DNA of 64,000 bases from a virus. Its lineage: Duplodnaviria; Caudoviricetes. The notes under the pieces were generated by a model that had not been told where the DNA came from, did not search any database, and was given only the letters and a program-made list of their open reading frames with translations. The position numbers and the translations under genes were made by a program. The DNA is taken from positions 11,458-75,457 of the IMG/VR virus record IMGVR_UViG_3300028888_000115; one strand, given 5' to 3'. Numbering within the stretch: position 1 is the first letter of the stretch; the number at the start of each line of letters is the position of its first letter. This document shows positions 62,401 through 64,000 of this stretch, in pieces.

Positions 62401-64000
62401 TTGGCAAAGACCAAAACACGGAAACAGGCGCAGTTCAATATGGACTTCGCGGACGGCACGGCCAAGATGCTGGAATCGTATACAGGTGTGCAGGCGGTGC
62501 GTCCGCTGAATGACAGAGTGTTCCGGGGCGATGGCGGCTACCAGAACATGCTGACCAAGTACGGAACGTCCAGAGATGCAAGCGAGTATTACAACTACGT
62601 TGCGGATGCGGATGTCACCGACATGGAACTGGCGACGTTCTACGAGCAGAACGGTTTGTTCGCAAGGGTGATTGACGCCCCTGCGGAGGAGGCCGTGAAG
62701 CACGGCTTTGAGATTGTCGATCTGGAAGACGACAGCATTCAGGGTTTCACCGACGAGTGCCTTGATGAACTGGACTGGGAAGAAACTGCGATGCAGAGCC
62801 TTAAATGGGCCAGACTGTTCGGCGGTTCGATTGCGGTGCTTCTGATCAATGACGGTCGAAGCATCGACAGACCGGTCAACTGGGACCAAATCAAGTCCAT
62901 CGACGATATCCGGGTGTTCGACCGGTCGGTGATTTCACCTGACTATTCGAGCATGTATGAATATGATAACCTCAAAGGGCAGGACCCCTTCCGGACCAGA
63001 GGCAGCAGACTCGGATATCCGGAGTGGTTTCACGTTTCCGGCAGAAACGGATCGTTCACTGTCCATGAAACCAGGTGCCTGATTTTCCAGAACGGAGTGC
63101 TTCCTGAGAACACCACGACATCTCAGTATCAGTTCTGGGGTATTCCGGAGTACGTCCGAATTAATCGGGCGATCCGGGACGTGGAGATTGCGCACGGGAT
63201 GGCACCGAAGATGCTGGACCGTTCGGTGCAGGCGATCTATAAGATGGCAAATCTCTCCAACCTGCTTCAAACGGAGCAGGGAGAAGACGTCGTTCTGAAA
63301 AGGCTGAAGATCATCGACATGGCAAAGGGCTTGATGAACAGCATGGTCCTTGACGCCAACGGTGAGGACTACGACTTCAAGTCCTTCTCCTACACCGGAG
63401 TCTCCGATGTCATCAACACGACCTGCAACTATCTGTCTGCGCTGACCAATATCCCGCAGACAATTCTGTTCGGAAGATCCCCGGCTGGCATGAACGCAAC
63501 CGGCTCTTCCGATTTGGAAAACTATTACAACTATGTAGAGAGAATCCAGAAGCGGATGCTGCGAAGCAATTTGCGGTATCTGCTTTCTGTTATCCTCCAA
63601 GCGGGCAAACACACCGGCGAAATCAAGAAGATCCCCAAAATCAAGATCGAGTTCAACTCCTTGTGGTCCATGACGGAGACCGAAAAGGTTGCTCTGGACC
63701 TTCAGAAGGCACAGGTTGAAAGTGCCAAGGCGCAGACCGCAGCGGCTTATGTGCAGATGCAGGCGATCGATCCGGGCGAGGTCCGGAAAAAGCTTGCTGA
63801 TGAAGGCGAGTTCGATGTGGAAACGCTGCTGGATGATTTCAGCGAGGAAGAACTGGAAGAAAACGACCCGAAGAATCAGCAGCAGGAGGGCGGAGATCCG
63901 ATGGCTGCAATGATGGGTGGCGGCGATGGCGGCGGCGAGAATCCGTTTGCCGCGATGATGGGCGGCGGCGGTGAACAGCCGCAGGCCCCAGAGAAACCCG
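62401..64000 (+). CDS. portal protein, DUF1073 type (3' truncated; absent from ORF track)
   Basis: AGGAGG RBS, TTG start; FRGDGGYQN, LFARVIDAPAEEA, ARLFGG, IPQTILFGRSPAGMNATGSSDLENYYNYV. Confidence 0.9.
   Translation, partial: MAKTKTRKQAQFNMDFADGTAKMLESYTGVQAVRPLNDRVFRGDGGYQNMLTKYGTSRDASEYYNYVADADVTDMELATFYEQNGLFARVIDAPAEEAVKHGFEIVDLEDDSIQGFTDECLDELDWEETAMQSLKWARLFGGSIAVLLINDGRSIDRPVNWDQIKSIDDIRVFDRSVISPDYSSMYEYDNLKGQDPFRTRGSRLGYPEWFHVSGRNGSFTVHETRCLIFQNGVLPENTTTSQYQFWGIPEYVRINRAIRDVEIAHGMAPKMLDRSVQAIYKMANLSNLLQTEQGEDVVLKRLKIIDMAKGLMNSMVLDANGEDYDFKSFSYTGVSDVINTTCNYLSALTNIPQTILFGRSPAGMNATGSSDLENYYNYVERIQKRMLRSNLRYLLSVILQAGKHTGEIKKIPKIKIEFNSLWSMTETEKVALDLQKAQVESAKAQTAAAYVQMQAIDPGEVRKKLADEGEFDVETLLDDFSEEELEENDPKNQQQEGGDPMAAMMGGGDGGGENPFAAMMGGGGEQPQAPEKP

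Noticed and set aside
1-64000. Genome-wide amber (TAG) recoding suggested by the Thg1 stop
   Set aside because: TAG ends several complete genes (2640-2642, 49019-49021, 51328-51330), other genes are not fragmented, and no CUA-anticodon tRNA was found in the window.
62401-64000. Anti-CBASS Acb1 (a label often attached to DUF1073 proteins)
   Set aside because: Size, motifs and position after terL fit a portal; no 2H-phosphoesterase motifs are visible in the available part.
1-64000. Integrase, transposase, rRNA or MuF minor head gene
   Set aside because: None is recognisable in this window; a MuF gene may follow the portal outside it.

Overview
A 64-kb segment of a large tailed dsDNA phage, almost entirely + strand and with GGAGG RBSs; the host is probably a Firmicute (Clostridia-like; inference). 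Layout: DNA methyltransferase cluster, RusA and a late activator (1-6 kb). Then a long early/middle accessory region driven by five near-identical sigmaA promoters that share an 18-bp quasi-palindromic operator with two XRE repressor genes (7-42 kb). This region holds an XRE-sigma4-alphaCTD fusion, an AT-rich helicase, an AcrVA2-like gene, ADP-ribosylglycohydrolase, a PNK-like kinase, an RlaP-like nucleotidyltransferase and a Thg1 gene broken by TAGCTT. Next come tRNA clusters with non-canonical tRNAs and structured RNA spacers (37 kb, 43.6-46.3 kb), and the start of the packaging/head module (TerS, TerL, DUF1073-type portal). Main finding: six genes around the terminase (42.5-61.8 kb) share an N-terminal peptide, Y[RKH]xR[RV]xxR[LI]...[RH]xD[ADGS]. 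Four also share a second small module. Their C-terminal domains are unrelated: SAM-lyase-like, JAB, RelA/SpoT, papain-like, HExxH zincin and ART-like. Five are followed by small immunity-like genes. This looks like a MuF-independent polymorphic effector system loaded into the capsid. Other strong leads are a conserved coiled-coil gene followed by a stem-closed GUU-repeat RNA, and two 8/4-fold Sec-like tRNA-Ser. All family assignments come from motif recognition by eye; no searches were run.
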